Assembly: GCA_963796105.1 (NCBI GenBank)
Contig: CAWCKJ010000012.1
Coordinates: forward strand, 32,001-96,000
Direction of reading: 5' to 3'
DNA length: 64,000 nucleotides
DNA from: a candidate division FCPU426 bacterium
Lineage (GTDB): Bacteria > Oederibacteriota > Muellerivitia > Muellerivitales > Muellerivitaceae
Position 1 is the stretch's first letter. Each line of letters starts with the position of its first letter. Of this stretch, positions 28,908 to 38,450 are shown one piece after another. Made by a program: the position numbers and the translations under genes. The notes beneath the pieces were generated by a model. That model saw only the letters and a list, made by a program, of their open reading frames with translations, had not been told where the DNA came from and made no database searches.

Positions 28908-30245
28908 TCAAAACGAATCCAAAACTTTTTCAAGTCTCATGGCGCGCGACCCTTTCAACAAGACCGCGTCGCCTTTTTCGGCGATTTCCGCCAGGAATTT
29001 TCCGGCTTGTTTCGCCTCATCAAAACAACGGATTTCCGGAGACCCGCCGCAAACTCGAGAGGCTTCACGGAACTCTTTTCCTACCAAAAGAAGAAAGCTT
29101 AGCCGCAAATCTAGTGCCAGCCGAAGAGCACGTTCATGCGCTTGAGCGCTGAATCCGCCCATTTCCAACATGTCTCCCAAAACGGCAACCTTGCGCGCAG
29201 CTCCCTGAAGATTCCGGAAAGTCTCTAGCGCGGCTTCCATGGAAGTAGGCGAGGCGTTGTAGGCGTCGTTGATGAAAAGAATCCCCCGACGGTTTTGGAT
29301 TTCCATCCGCATGCGCGCGCGAGGTATGAAATTCCCCAGCCTGTTCGCGAGAGCCCTCAAGGGCAAGCCCAAGGCCAATCCAGCCGCGACCGCCGCCAGG
29401 GCGTTTCTCACGTTATGTTCTCCTAGCATGGAAAGACGGACTGGGACTTCAACCCCTTCAGCCGCCAGGGTGAATCGGGTCTCCCCGCTCTGCATACTTA
29501 TCGCGCTGGCCTTCACTTGGCCCACCTTGATCCCAAATGTGTACACATCGTCTCCTTGCCGCCCCTGTAAGGGGTCCTCCGCGTTTAAGACCGCTTTTCC
29601 ACCGGCCCGGAGACCGGCGAGGATTTTCAATTTTTCCGAAGCCAAATGCTTCTTATCCCGGAAAAAACCCAGGTGAGCTTCCCCGATCGACGTCACCACC
29701 GCCACATCGGGCCGGGCGATCTCGGACAGCCACTCCATTTCCCCGGGATGGTTGATGCCCAACTCCACTACCGCTGCCTCATGCCCCCTATCCAGCTCTA
29801 ACAATGTCAAGGGAAGACCCCATTGGTTATTCAAGTTCCCCTGAGTTTTCAAAACCCTGAATTTTCCTTCCAACAAATGGGCTGTCATGTCCTTCACCGT
29901 TGTTTTTCCTACGCTGCCCGTGACCGCGACAACAGGTCCGTTCCATTGAAGCCTCTGAGATCTTCCCATCTCTCCTAAAGCACGGGTGGTGTCAATCACC
30001 CTGATCTGTGACAGGCGGCTCCCCGGATCGAGCCGTGAAACCAAAGCCGCTCCCGCTCCCCTTTGGGCCGCCCGCTTCAAGAAGCGGTGCCCATCCAGCT
30101 TCTTTCCGATAATGGCGACATAGAGATCGCCTTTATTCAACCGCCGGGTGTCGTGCGACACCCCCCTCACCCTCCCTTTTACATTTCCCCTCCAAAGTCG
30201 CCCGTTGGTCAGGGCCGCCACCTCTCTCAAAGTCCAAGGGATCAT
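28908..30245 (-). CDS. murF: UDP-MurNAc-tripeptide--D-Ala-D-Ala ligase
   Basis: VTGSVGKTTVK, GNLNNQWGLP, NDAYNASP, LGDMLEMG and LLKGSR. Confidence 0.97.
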   Translation of the reverse strand: MIPWTLREVAALTNGRLWRGNVKGRVRGVSHDTRRLNKGDLYVAIIGKKLDGHRFLKRAAQRGAGAALVSRLDPGSRLSQIRVIDTTRALGEMGRSQRLQWNGPVVAVTGSVGKTTVKDMTAHLLEGKFRVLKTQGNLNNQWGLPLTLLELDRGHEAAVVELGINHPGEMEWLSEIARPDVAVVTSIGEAHLGFFRDKKHLASEKLKILAGLRAGGKAVLNAEDPLQGRQGDDVYTFGIKVGQVKASAISMQSGETRFTLAAEGVEVPVRLSMLGEHNVRNALAAVAAGLALGLPLRALANRLGNFIPRARMRMEIQNRRGILFINDAYNASPTSMEAALETFRNLQGAARKVAVLGDMLEMGGFSAQAHERALRLALDLRLSFLLLVGKEFREASRVCGGSPEIRCFDEAKQAGKFLAEIAEKGDAVLLKGSRAMRLEKVLDSF

Positions 30246-31720
30246 GACCCTTTCATTTCCTTCAGGATGTTCCGGACTGTCTCACGGTCGTCAAAATGCT
30301 GTTTCTGGTCTCCAATGACCTGATAGGTCTCATGACCTTTACCGGCGATCAGAACGATGTCGCCTTTCTTCGCCATTGACAAAGCCGTGTGGATGGCGTC
30401 TTTACGGTCCACCTCAGACCAGACTCTCCGGTGGCCATTGCGTCTCTGGCCGACGGCTATTCCCTTTAGGATCTCGTCAATGATGGCTTTGGGCTCCTCG
30501 GTGCGGGGATTGTCAGAGGTCACCACCGTGACATCGGCCAAACAGGCTGAGATCTGTCCCATTAAGGGTCTTTTGGTCCTATCCCTGTCGCCTCCGCATC
30601 CAAATAAGGAAATCAACCGTAAATCCTTTTTATTGCCAATCAAGTTCCGCGCCTCGATCAAGACCTGTCGCAGGGAATCGGGGGTATGGGCGTAATCGAC
30701 GATGATGGTAAAATCTTGCCCCGCATAGATTTCCTCGAACCGCCCCGGAACAGGAGGAGCTTTCCGGAGGCCCTCTTGAAGTGCCGGCCAGGTGAAACCC
30801 ATTTCCCTCAGGACCGATAGGGCCGCTAAGGAGTTGTAGATATTGAACTTTCCCGAAAGGGGAATCTCGAACTTCTTTCCCATCACCCGGAACTTCCCCC
30901 GGCCAGGCGCCGTCTCGATATGGGTGGCTTGGTAGGCGCATTTGGTTTTAAGCCCAAAACCCTTCGCCTTGGACTTCAGCTCGCTCAGGAGTTTTTTGCC
31001 GTAGGCGTCATCCGCGTTCACCGTCCGAGCCTTGAGGGTTTTGAACTCCGTGAAAAGCCGGCGTTTGGCCATGAAATAATTTTTGAAATTCTTGTGGTAG
31101 TCCAGGTGGTCCCGGCCCAGGTTGGTGAAAGTCGCCCCTTGGAATTCCACTCCCATCACCCTTTTCATTTCCAGGGCGTGGGAGGAGACCTCCATGACAG
31201 CGTAGGAACAGCCCTCGCGGCGCATCTCGTCCAGGAGTTCCACGATGGAAAGAGCCGAGGGGGTCGTATTGGAAGCCTCGTAAATTTTGCTTTCTATCTG
31301 GTATGAAATAGTGCCGATTAGTCCTGTCTTTTTCCCGGCGGCCTGCAAGATGGACCTCAGAAGATAGGTGGTGGTGGTTTTGCCTTTGGTGCCGGTGACG
31401 CCAATGACCTTCACTCTTTTTGAAGGCTCATCGAAAAAAGCGTGGGCCAATCGTGCCAATGCTTCCCGGCTGTTCGGCACAACCGCTTGGGGGACGGAAA
31501 TCTTTTCCAATGGCTTTCCTTCCGCCACCAACGCGCAAGCCCCGGCTCGAATTGCCTCTCGCGCGAATTCGCGTCCATCCAACTTGGATCCAGGAATACA
31601 GACGAAAAGGTCACCGGGGCGGATCTTCTTAGAGTTTTCGCAAAGCCCTTTCACCTCGGGATTGGCCTTTCCGGAGAGTTTTACGCGATTCAATTTTTTA
31701 ACCAGATTTATGAATTTCAA
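30242..31720 (-). CDS. murE: UDP-MurNAc-dipeptide--meso-DAP ligase
   Basis: GVTGTKGKTTT, MEVSSHAL, DHLDYH, DYAHTPD, GCGGDRD, SDNPR (DAP-type) and AGKGHE. TTG start at 31720 overlaps the ftsI stop. Confidence 0.97.
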   Translation of the reverse strand: MKFINLVKKLNRVKLSGKANPEVKGLCENSKKIRPGDLFVCIPGSKLDGREFAREAIRAGACALVAEGKPLEKISVPQAVVPNSREALARLAHAFFDEPSKRVKVIGVTGTKGKTTTTYLLRSILQAAGKKTGLIGTISYQIESKIYEASNTTPSALSIVELLDEMRREGCSYAVMEVSSHALEMKRVMGVEFQGATFTNLGRDHLDYHKNFKNYFMAKRRLFTEFKTLKARTVNADDAYGKKLLSELKSKAKGFGLKTKCAYQATHIETAPGRGKFRVMGKKFEIPLSGKFNIYNSLAALSVLREMGFTWPALQEGLRKAPPVPGRFEEIYAGQDFTIIVDYAHTPDSLRQVLIEARNLIGNKKDLRLISLFGCGGDRDRTKRPLMGQISACLADVTVVTSDNPRTEEPKAIIDEILKGIAVGQRRNGHRRVWSEVDRKDAIHTALSMAKKGDIVLIAGKGHETYQVIGDQKQHFDDRETVRNILKEMKGS

Positions 31721-33858
31721 GAATGATCTCCCGAGGCGTTTCCCTGCGACCTGGTAATTGGAAGATCGCAATTAAGCTCGATATCCGAGTCATTTTGTAT
31801 TTTTCGTCCAGCCATGGGGAATTGGGCGCGCACAATGCCCTCTCCCCTGAAATTTACTCTCGCCCCAATGGGAGCTAATTGAGCGAGGGCTTGGCGCTTG
31901 GTTTTTCCGCGCAGGTCCGGCATGAGGCCCTGGCCCTCGGCCAGGGGGGGGGCCGTTCCAAGGGTTAAAAGGACCTTTTGGGAATCTTGTTCCGGGAAGG
32001 GGGACGACCCAGATGCCGGATTTTGTCTCAGTACTTTTTCCCCCTTGCCCGCAAATTCCAGCCTCAAATTGTCCCGATCGGCCAGCCAGTGGGATTGGGC
32101 CTTTGTCAAGCCCAGGAATGAGGGGATGGTTCGACCTGCGCTTGAAGCCTCCGCGGAGGCAATGGGAACCGTCGGCGGCACGAGATCATAGGCCAGGACC
32201 CGCTTCGTGACCTCCTTGAATACGGGACCAGCGGTGTAGCCTCCCCAGTAAATGCCGCGGGGATCATCCAGGGAGATATAAATGACCAGTCTCGGGTTAT
32301 CCGCCGGGACGAATCCCACGAACGAGGAAACATAATTGTATTTGGAGTAATGTCCTTTCATGAATTTGTAGGCCGTTCCCGTCTTGCCGGCAATGGAATA
32401 ACTTGGCAGGGAAACCGCGGTGCCCGTGCCTTTTTCCACGACCCATTTCATCATTTCCGTCAAACGCTTGGCGGTCTTGGCCGAACAGACCCGGCGGATC
32501 TTCTGGGGGGAGAAAACTCGGACGGTATTTCCGTCCCGCGTCCTTAATTCCTTGGCCAGGAAGGGCTTCATCAGTACCCCTCCATTGGCGATGGCGGCGT
32601 AAGCCGAAAGAATTTGGATGGGGGTCGTGGACACTTCGTATCCGTACGGGATCGTGGTTAAAGAAAGACCGCTCCACTTCTCAGGCTCCCTGAGAAGCCC
32701 GAGCGCCTCCCCTGGGAGGTCAATATGGGTGGGGTCCCCGAACCCCATCCGCTTGGCATATCGGTAGAGATTTTCTTTTCCAAGCTTGGCCCCCACCTTG
32801 ACCATGCCAATATTGCTTGAATAACCGAAGATTTCCCGAAAGGTCAGCCATCCGTGTTTTTCATGGTCCGTCACTACTCGGCCGTATTGCGTTTTATACG
32901 CCCCGTTTTCGCAGAAAAAACGGTCATCTTCGTTCACGACCCCCTCTTCCAAGGCGCCTAAAGCCGTCACCAACTTGAATGTGCTGCCGGGCTCGAACTC
33001 GTCGTTCACAACGCGGTTTTTCCAGTATTCCGGCGGGTAATCCGAGAAATGGTTTGGGTCGAAAGTGGGGTAATTGGACATGGCCAATATCTCGCCAGTC
33101 TTAGGGTCCATGACAACCGCGGAAGCTGCCTTGCAGCGATATTTCTCGAAAGCTTTCTGCAGTTCAACCTGGGTGATGTGCTGGATGGTCCGGTCGAGGG
33201 TAGTAACCAGGTCCAATCCGTCCTTGCTGGCCTTGACCTGACGGCTGTCGGCCGCCACCACCCGGCCCCGTGCGTCGCGCTCCGTGATTGAAAAACCTTT
33301 CTGTCCGGCTAAGAAACGGTCGAAATATTTTTCGAGCCCGTTTAAGCCCTGGTTGTCCAGTCCGGCGAATCCCAACGCGTGAGAGGCCATATCGTGGTCG
33401 GGATAAAACCGCCTTTGTTCCCAGGTGGCCTCAATTCCATCCAATTTCAAGTTCTCCACCGCCTGGGATCTCTCGTAGGGAACTTGGCGCGCGAGCCAAA
33501 CGAAGGATTTGTTCTCGTACAGCTTGCCAAGGATCTCACCGCATGACTTTCCTAAAGCCCGCGACAGGACCGATGCTGCGTGGGCTTTGTCACTGATCTG
33601 ATCGGGATGCCCTGCCACGTTGTATAGGTCAATGTTCATCGCCAGCAGATCGTCATTGCGGTCTTCGATAAGCCCCCTGGAGGGCGTGGTTTCGCGGTGT
33701 GAGAACTGTTGCCGGTAAGCCATCTGGCGGAATTCCGAATGCTTGAGGATTTGGAGGTAAAACAGCCTCGCTTCCACCGCCAGGGCGGCGACGATCACGA
33801 TTCCCTGCAGCAAAAGAACGCGGTTATGTATGGAGGATGTTGTCCCGTCCCCTCTCAT
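31717..33858 (-). CDS. ftsI: Class B penicillin-binding protein FtsI with two C-terminal PASTA domains
   Basis: RGLIEDRN, EPGSTFK (SxxK), SSNIG (SxN) and KTGTA. PASTA-like IPSFLGLT and MPDLRGKT repeats. Confidence 0.96.
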   Translation of the reverse strand: MRGDGTTSSIHNRVLLLQGIVIVAALAVEARLFYLQILKHSEFRQMAYRQQFSHRETTPSRGLIEDRNDDLLAMNIDLYNVAGHPDQISDKAHAASVLSRALGKSCGEILGKLYENKSFVWLARQVPYERSQAVENLKLDGIEATWEQRRFYPDHDMASHALGFAGLDNQGLNGLEKYFDRFLAGQKGFSITERDARGRVVAADSRQVKASKDGLDLVTTLDRTIQHITQVELQKAFEKYRCKAASAVVMDPKTGEILAMSNYPTFDPNHFSDYPPEYWKNRVVNDEFEPGSTFKLVTALGALEEGVVNEDDRFFCENGAYKTQYGRVVTDHEKHGWLTFREIFGYSSNIGMVKVGAKLGKENLYRYAKRMGFGDPTHIDLPGEALGLLREPEKWSGLSLTTIPYGYEVSTTPIQILSAYAAIANGGVLMKPFLAKELRTRDGNTVRVFSPQKIRRVCSAKTAKRLTEMMKWVVEKGTGTAVSLPSYSIAGKTGTAYKFMKGHYSKYNYVSSFVGFVPADNPRLVIYISLDDPRGIYWGGYTAGPVFKEVTKRVLAYDLVPPTVPIASAEASSAGRTIPSFLGLTKAQSHWLADRDNLRLEFAGKGEKVLRQNPASGSSPFPEQDSQKVLLTLGTAPPLAEGQGLMPDLRGKTKRQALAQLAPIGARVNFRGEGIVRAQFPMAGRKIQNDSDIELNCDLPITRSQGNASGDHS

Positions 33859-34295
33859 GGTTTCTCCGTTTTCTTCATCCGGTCGCTCCACAATGAAAGC
33901 CAGCGCGGCATGAACGACGAACCCTCGTTTAAAATCACGATTTGGTCGGAGGATGGGGTGACCATTCCAAGCTGCTCCCGTGCCTCTTTTTCAACCCTTG
34001 GAAGGCTGTTCACATCATACATTTGGTATTTGAGATAGTAGTATTTGTTGACGAGTTGTTGTTTCTGAACCCGGAGCGACTGAACCTCGTAACCCACCTT
34101 AACTGTCTCCATGTGAAGCCAAACGTAAAGAAAAAGGAAAAAGCTCAATAAAAAAACCCCCCAGAGAGTCCCCTTGAAATCACGCCGTTGAACGGCGTTA
34201 GCAAGGTTTCCTCTCCAGAAAAGGCCGGCGTCCAAAGCCCGGTTGGCGGTGTCGAAGAATTGATTTTTAAGCGAGTCGGATTGATATCCATTCAT
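33855..34295 (-). CDS. ftsL: Cell division protein FtsL
   Basis: Single TM, then coiled coil and RVEKEAREQLGMVTP. ATGA-coupled to rsmH and ftsI. Confidence 0.85.
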   Translation of the reverse strand: MNGYQSDSLKNQFFDTANRALDAGLFWRGNLANAVQRRDFKGTLWGVFLLSFFLFLYVWLHMETVKVGYEVQSLRVQKQQLVNKYYYLKYQMYDVNSLPRVEKEAREQLGMVTPSSDQIVILNEGSSFMPRWLSLWSDRMKKTEKP

Positions 34296-35254
34296 GGTGT
34301 TTTCTCCGTTTTTATCTTTTCGGCGACTCTCAACTTGGCGCTTCGAGCCCTCGGATTTTGCGCCACCTCCGCTTCGGAAGCCGTGACTGGTTTTTTTGTC
34401 AAAATCCGCAGGCTCGCCTTGTGGCCGCAGACGCATTGGGGCAAGTCCGGCGGACAAAGGCAATTGGTGCTTTCGGTCTTGAAGAATTCCTTGACGATCC
34501 GGTCTTCCAATGAGTGGAATGTGATGACGGCGATTCGTCCGCTTTGAGCGAGAACCTTCAGGGCGGCCCGGAGCCCCTTGGAAAGGACTTCCAGTTCTTT
34601 GTTCACTTCGATCCGGAGGGCTTGGAACAGGCGAGTTGCGGGATGGTGCCGGAGTTTCCCGCCATTTTTAATGGTTTTTCCACATACGCGCTCCGCGATT
34701 CGAACGAGCTCAAGGGTCGTTTCGAACGGCTTTAGCGAACGGACTTGAACGATGGTTCGGGCCAAGGCCCTGGCCTTGGGTTCCTCCCCGAATTCGTAGA
34801 TGACTTTCGAAAGTCTTTCCTCGGGATAATTGTTGAGGATCCAGGCGGCGGTTCGGCCGGTGGCCTGGTCCATGCGCATGTCCAGGGGGCCGTCCTTGAT
34901 AAAGGAAAAACCGCGTTCCGCGGAATCAATTTGATAAGAGGATACTCCTATGTCCATCAACACGCTGTTAACCTCGCTGATTGAAAGGTCTTTCAGCACC
35001 CACAGGAGGTCGGCGAAGTTAGCCTTGAAAAGAGAGACCCTTGGGTCTTTCTTGAGTGCTAGGCCAGCGTGTTGTAGGGCATCGACATCCTGGTCAATTC
35101 CAACCAAGCGGCCACTCGACAGGTGTTTCAGGAGCTCCTGCGAGTGTCCGCCCATCCCGACCGTTAAATCCAAGACCACCCCGTCGGGAGGGGGCGACAG
35201 CCATTCCACCGCCTCTTTTAAAAGGACTGGTTGATGCGCGTTTTCAGGGTTCAA
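34292..35254 (-). CDS. rsmH: 16S rRNA m4C1402 methyltransferase RsmH (MraW)
   Basis: HQPVLL, DLTVGMGGHS, DIGVSSYQID, RGFSF, PLDMRMD, FHSLEDR and NPRARSAKLR. Confidence 0.98.
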   Translation of the reverse strand: MNPENAHQPVLLKEAVEWLSPPPDGVVLDLTVGMGGHSQELLKHLSSGRLVGIDQDVDALQHAGLALKKDPRVSLFKANFADLLWVLKDLSISEVNSVLMDIGVSSYQIDSAERGFSFIKDGPLDMRMDQATGRTAAWILNNYPEERLSKVIYEFGEEPKARALARTIVQVRSLKPFETTLELVRIAERVCGKTIKNGGKLRHHPATRLFQALRIEVNKELEVLSKGLRAALKVLAQSGRIAVITFHSLEDRIVKEFFKTESTNCLCPPDLPQCVCGHKASLRILTKKPVTASEAEVAQNPRARSAKLRVAEKIKTEKTP

Positions 35255-35581
35255 AGCGGGCGAGGGCTTCTTCCTCGCTCGACACCACGTCAAAGTAGGA
35301 ATAAGCTCCCACGAGCTTGAACAAATTCACCACGTAAGGAATCAAGCCGACCAATTTGATCTCCCCCCCAGGGATCTGAACCTCATGTTTTTCTCGGACA
35401 ACAGGGAAATCCCTTCCAGGGAGACATGGGAGACATTCTTGAAATTCAGGACGACCTTGTTCTGGTTTTTCAGCCCCATATCGGTGAGCAGGCTCAAGAT
35501 CGATTCCACGTCCCGCTTGCTGATGTAACCGGCTAAACGCAAGACCGCCGCCGTCTCAGTCGGGGTTAATGTGGCGTTCAT
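35244..35581 (-). pseudogene. STAS-domain (anti-sigma antagonist-like) protein, frameshifted at a G7 run
   Basis: Adding one G at 35363-35369 extends ...FRSLGG into EIKLVGLIPYVVNLFKLVGAYSYFDVVSSEEEALARFEP*, a typical STAS C-terminus. Confidence 0.8.
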
Positions 35582-35946
35582 AGGTCCTCCTGGGCTGGGG
35601 CGTACACTGGCATGCGTCCCGTTTTCAGCATCATCTCATTGACATCCGCGTAGATTTCAAACGCCTTCTCGGCGCCCATGGATTTGAAAAGATTCATGAG
35701 CCGGCTGGAAAGACCGACGATTTTCAAATCGCCTTTCCGGAATCGGATCTGGCCCCAGTGGTTCAAGAGGGCCCCCAAGACATTCGCGCCCATGAAGGAA
35801 ACCCGGCTCAAATCCAGGACCATGTGCCGGTATCCTTTTTTTATCAAGTTGTCCATAGCATCCCCCAGCTCCGCGATATCCCACTCGCCAAGATCCCCTT
35901 CCAGGGTCATCAATGAGAATTTTTCCTTGATTTCGATGCCGATCAT
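35578..35946 (-). CDS. STAS-domain (anti-sigma antagonist-like) protein
   Basis: LEGDL...MVLDLSRVSFMG...GDLKIVGLSSRLMNLFKSMG..FEIY. Confidence 0.88.
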   Translation of the reverse strand: MIGIEIKEKFSLMTLEGDLGEWDIAELGDAMDNLIKKGYRHMVLDLSRVSFMGANVLGALLNHWGQIRFRKGDLKIVGLSSRLMNLFKSMGAEKAFEIYADVNEMMLKTGRMPVYAPAQEDL

Positions 35947-35962
35947 CCGTTTTTCTCTTTTC

Positions 35963-36433
35963 TCATAATGGAATGGACTGAACGCCCTTGTCCGAAAGTT
36001 TCTGGGCCAATACTTCTATGGATTGCGATGGTTGAGCATGATAATTTTCATATCTTTCCTTATCCCAAATCTCGACCCGGTGGAGCATTCCAACGATTAC
36101 CACGTTTTTGCTGATTCCAGCTTCTTTTCGCAGGACTGGCGAGAGCATAATGCGACCCTGTTGGTCCATTTCCACTTCGTCGAGGGCTTTTTGGATAGAC
36201 CGTTGGAATTCCCTTTCATCCCTATTCAAGGTGTTTAAAGCAGAAAGTTTTTCTTCGATCTTTCTCCAAGCGTCCATGGGATAGAGAAAAATACATTGGT
36301 CAAATCCCGAATTAAGGATCAGTGGAGATTCATGTTCGTTTCGGATTTGTTCCCGGAAACGAACGGGAATGCTCATCCGACCCTTATCGTCGACTAGATT
36401 GTGAAAAATTCCTCTGAACACCAAAATCTCCAA
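35963..36433 (-). CDS. mraZ: Transcriptional regulator MraZ
   Basis: FRG, DDKGRMSIPVRFR, DQQGRI and VEIWD. First gene of the dcw cluster. Confidence 0.97.
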   Translation of the reverse strand: MEILVFRGIFHNLVDDKGRMSIPVRFREQIRNEHESPLILNSGFDQCIFLYPMDAWRKIEEKLSALNTLNRDEREFQRSIQKALDEVEMDQQGRIMLSPVLRKEAGISKNVVIVGMLHRVEIWDKERYENYHAQPSQSIEVLAQKLSDKGVQSIPL

Positions 36434-36460
36434 TTACCAGATTAGGGCTTTCGGTCATTC

Positions 36461-36505
36461 CCCACTTTTCCCCATTAAAAACCGCTATGACCCACTTTGC
36501 GCCAT
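36461..36505 (-). promoter_or_regulatory. MraZ operator: five (G/A)TGG-like boxes at exact 10-bp spacing
   Basis: On the minus strand: ATGGC (36505-36501), GTGGG (36495-91), GCGGT (36485-81), ATGGG (36475-71), GTGGG (36465-61). Matches known MraZ TGGG direct-repeat operators. Confidence 0.85.
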
Positions 36506-36532
36506 TATTGGGATAATCAACCATTCAGTCAA
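36504..36532 (-). promoter_or_regulatory. Sigma70-type dcw promoter
   Basis: TTGACT (36532-36527), 17 nt, AATAAT (36509-36504), abutting the MraZ boxes. Confidence 0.7.
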
Positions 36533-36801
36533 GCCTTTTATTGAAAAATAAAGGAATTTCCAGCTTATGAGGAAAGCAAGCCATGTTTGATAACTTGGTT
36601 TTAGGTGTATTTATTTTGGAAAAGCTCTGATGAGAGTAATGGAAAAGCAGGTTTTACTATGCATCTACTCACTTGCTGGGACTTTAAATGGGAAATAGGC
36701 TTGGGTAAGGACTAGGGTTACATATTGGATCTAATTACATTTATCTCTTCTTGTTATGATTTAAGTAATTGCTGGCTTTATTCTCGTGTCCTTAACGCCG
36801 A

Positions 36802-38310
36802 TCAACCGATTTTCCCCGTCATAGGTGTAGTCAGAATCCGCCCTACGGCGGCCTTCCAACCTGTCCATAATTTTTTTCTCACCGATTCTTTCATTCTGGG
36901 TTGAAACTTCTTGTCCACCCTGCGGATTTTTATTATTTCAGCCCCGTTCTTCCAGAACCCGACTTGCAAACCTGCCAGGAATGCAGCGCCCATGGCTGTA
37001 GTCTCCACCACTTTCGGCCTGTTGATCCTGGTTTTTAAAAGATCAGCCTGGAATTGCATCAGCAGATTGTTCTTGGAGGCCCCCCCATCCACCCGTAACT
37101 CTTTCATCTTGAGATTTGAATCCTTCAGCATAGCCTCCACCAAATCCCGGCTTTGGTAAGCTAGGGATTCCAAGGCCGCCCGTATTACATGTTCCCTTTT
37201 AGTTCCCCGCGTGATGCCCACTAAGGCTCCCCTGGCATGAGCATCCCAATAAGGTGCCCCTAATCCCACGAAAGCCGGCACCAGATAAACCCCCCCGGTA
37301 TCCGGCACTTTCATTGCGACCGCCTCGGATTCGGGAGAGGTTTTAATCAATTGAAGCCCATCCCTGATCCATTGGATAGCCGCTCCTCCGATGAAAACCG
37401 ATCCTTCCAGGGCATAAACAGGTTGTCCTCTTCCATCACAGGCCAGAGTAGTTAATAGTTTGTTCTTCGAGGTGAAATGCCGATGTCCCAGATTTAAAAG
37501 AAGAAAACATCCCGTTCCATAAGTATTCTTCAGAGTTCCGGGCTCATGGCATCCCTGCCCAAAGAGGGACGCCTGCTGGTCTCCCGCAATTCCAGCGATG
37601 GGAATGCCGGCGCCCAAATAACTTTTGCTTGAGGTTTTACCAAATAGGCTGGCGGAAGCCTGGACCCTCGGAAGCAACGAGGTATCGATATGCAGGAGTT
37701 TTAGGAGTTGGTTGTCCCACTTTTTGGTTTTAATGTTGAAGATCAAGGTCCGCGATGCGTTGGAATAATCGGTGGCATGGGAAACTCCGCCCGTCAATTT
37801 CCACAATAACCAACTATCGATCGTTCCAAAAGCCAATTGTCCCTTGGAAGCGCGCTGGGAAGCGCCCGGAACGTTTTTCAAGATCCATTCCACCTTTGTG
37901 CCTGAAAAATAAGCGTCAATCACAAGACCGGTTTTGCTTTGGAACAATTTTTCTTTTCGCTGGGCCTTTAACTGATCGCACCGGGGAGCCGTCCTGCGGC
38001 ATTGCCAGACAATGGCCTTGTAAATGGGTTTTCCCGTTTGACGGTCCCATAGGACCGTGGTTTCCCGTTGGTTGGTGATTCCAATCCCCGCGATTTGGGA
38101 GGATTTGACACCAGCGGCTTTTAATGAATCTTTTCCTGTTTTCTCAACTGTTTCCCAGATCTCTTCCGCGTCATGTTCCACCCAACCCGGTTTCGGGAAG
38201 TTCTGAGTGAATTCCCGGTAAGAACTTCCAACGACTTTTCCCGAATGGTTAAAAAGATAGGATCTGGTCCCGGTTGTTCCCTGATCGATGGCAAGAATAA
38301 GTTTTTCCAT
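36802..38310 (-). CDS. glpK: Glycerol kinase
   Basis: AIDQGTT, GITNQRETT, AIVWQCRRT, YFSGTK, GDQQA, KNTYGTGCF and VPAFVGLGAPYWD. Confidence 0.98.
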   Translation of the reverse strand: MEKLILAIDQGTTGTRSYLFNHSGKVVGSSYREFTQNFPKPGWVEHDAEEIWETVEKTGKDSLKAAGVKSSQIAGIGITNQRETTVLWDRQTGKPIYKAIVWQCRRTAPRCDQLKAQRKEKLFQSKTGLVIDAYFSGTKVEWILKNVPGASQRASKGQLAFGTIDSWLLWKLTGGVSHATDYSNASRTLIFNIKTKKWDNQLLKLLHIDTSLLPRVQASASLFGKTSSKSYLGAGIPIAGIAGDQQASLFGQGCHEPGTLKNTYGTGCFLLLNLGHRHFTSKNKLLTTLACDGRGQPVYALEGSVFIGGAAIQWIRDGLQLIKTSPESEAVAMKVPDTGGVYLVPAFVGLGAPYWDAHARGALVGITRGTKREHVIRAALESLAYQSRDLVEAMLKDSNLKMKELRVDGGASKNNLLMQFQADLLKTRINRPKVVETTAMGAAFLAGLQVGFWKNGAEIIKIRRVDKKFQPRMKESVRKKLWTGWKAAVGRILTTPMTGKIG

Positions 38311-38450
38311 GAAACACCCCGCGGTGGGACTTCACCCTATCAGACGCCGATCAGATGGCCAGCTTCGGCGAATCAACTTCAAGGCCTAAACCCAATTGGA
38401 AACCCCGCCTCCAGGGTTGCTTTGTTTCTCTGAAAGACGGCTTTTCTTGT

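Noticed and set aside
33855..34463. 202-aa version of ftsL and other over-extended starts (murE 31771, ftsI 33891, rsmH 35293, ogg 10681)
   Set aside because: The extensions overlap upstream genes. Downstream starts coupled to the upstream stop codons fit better.
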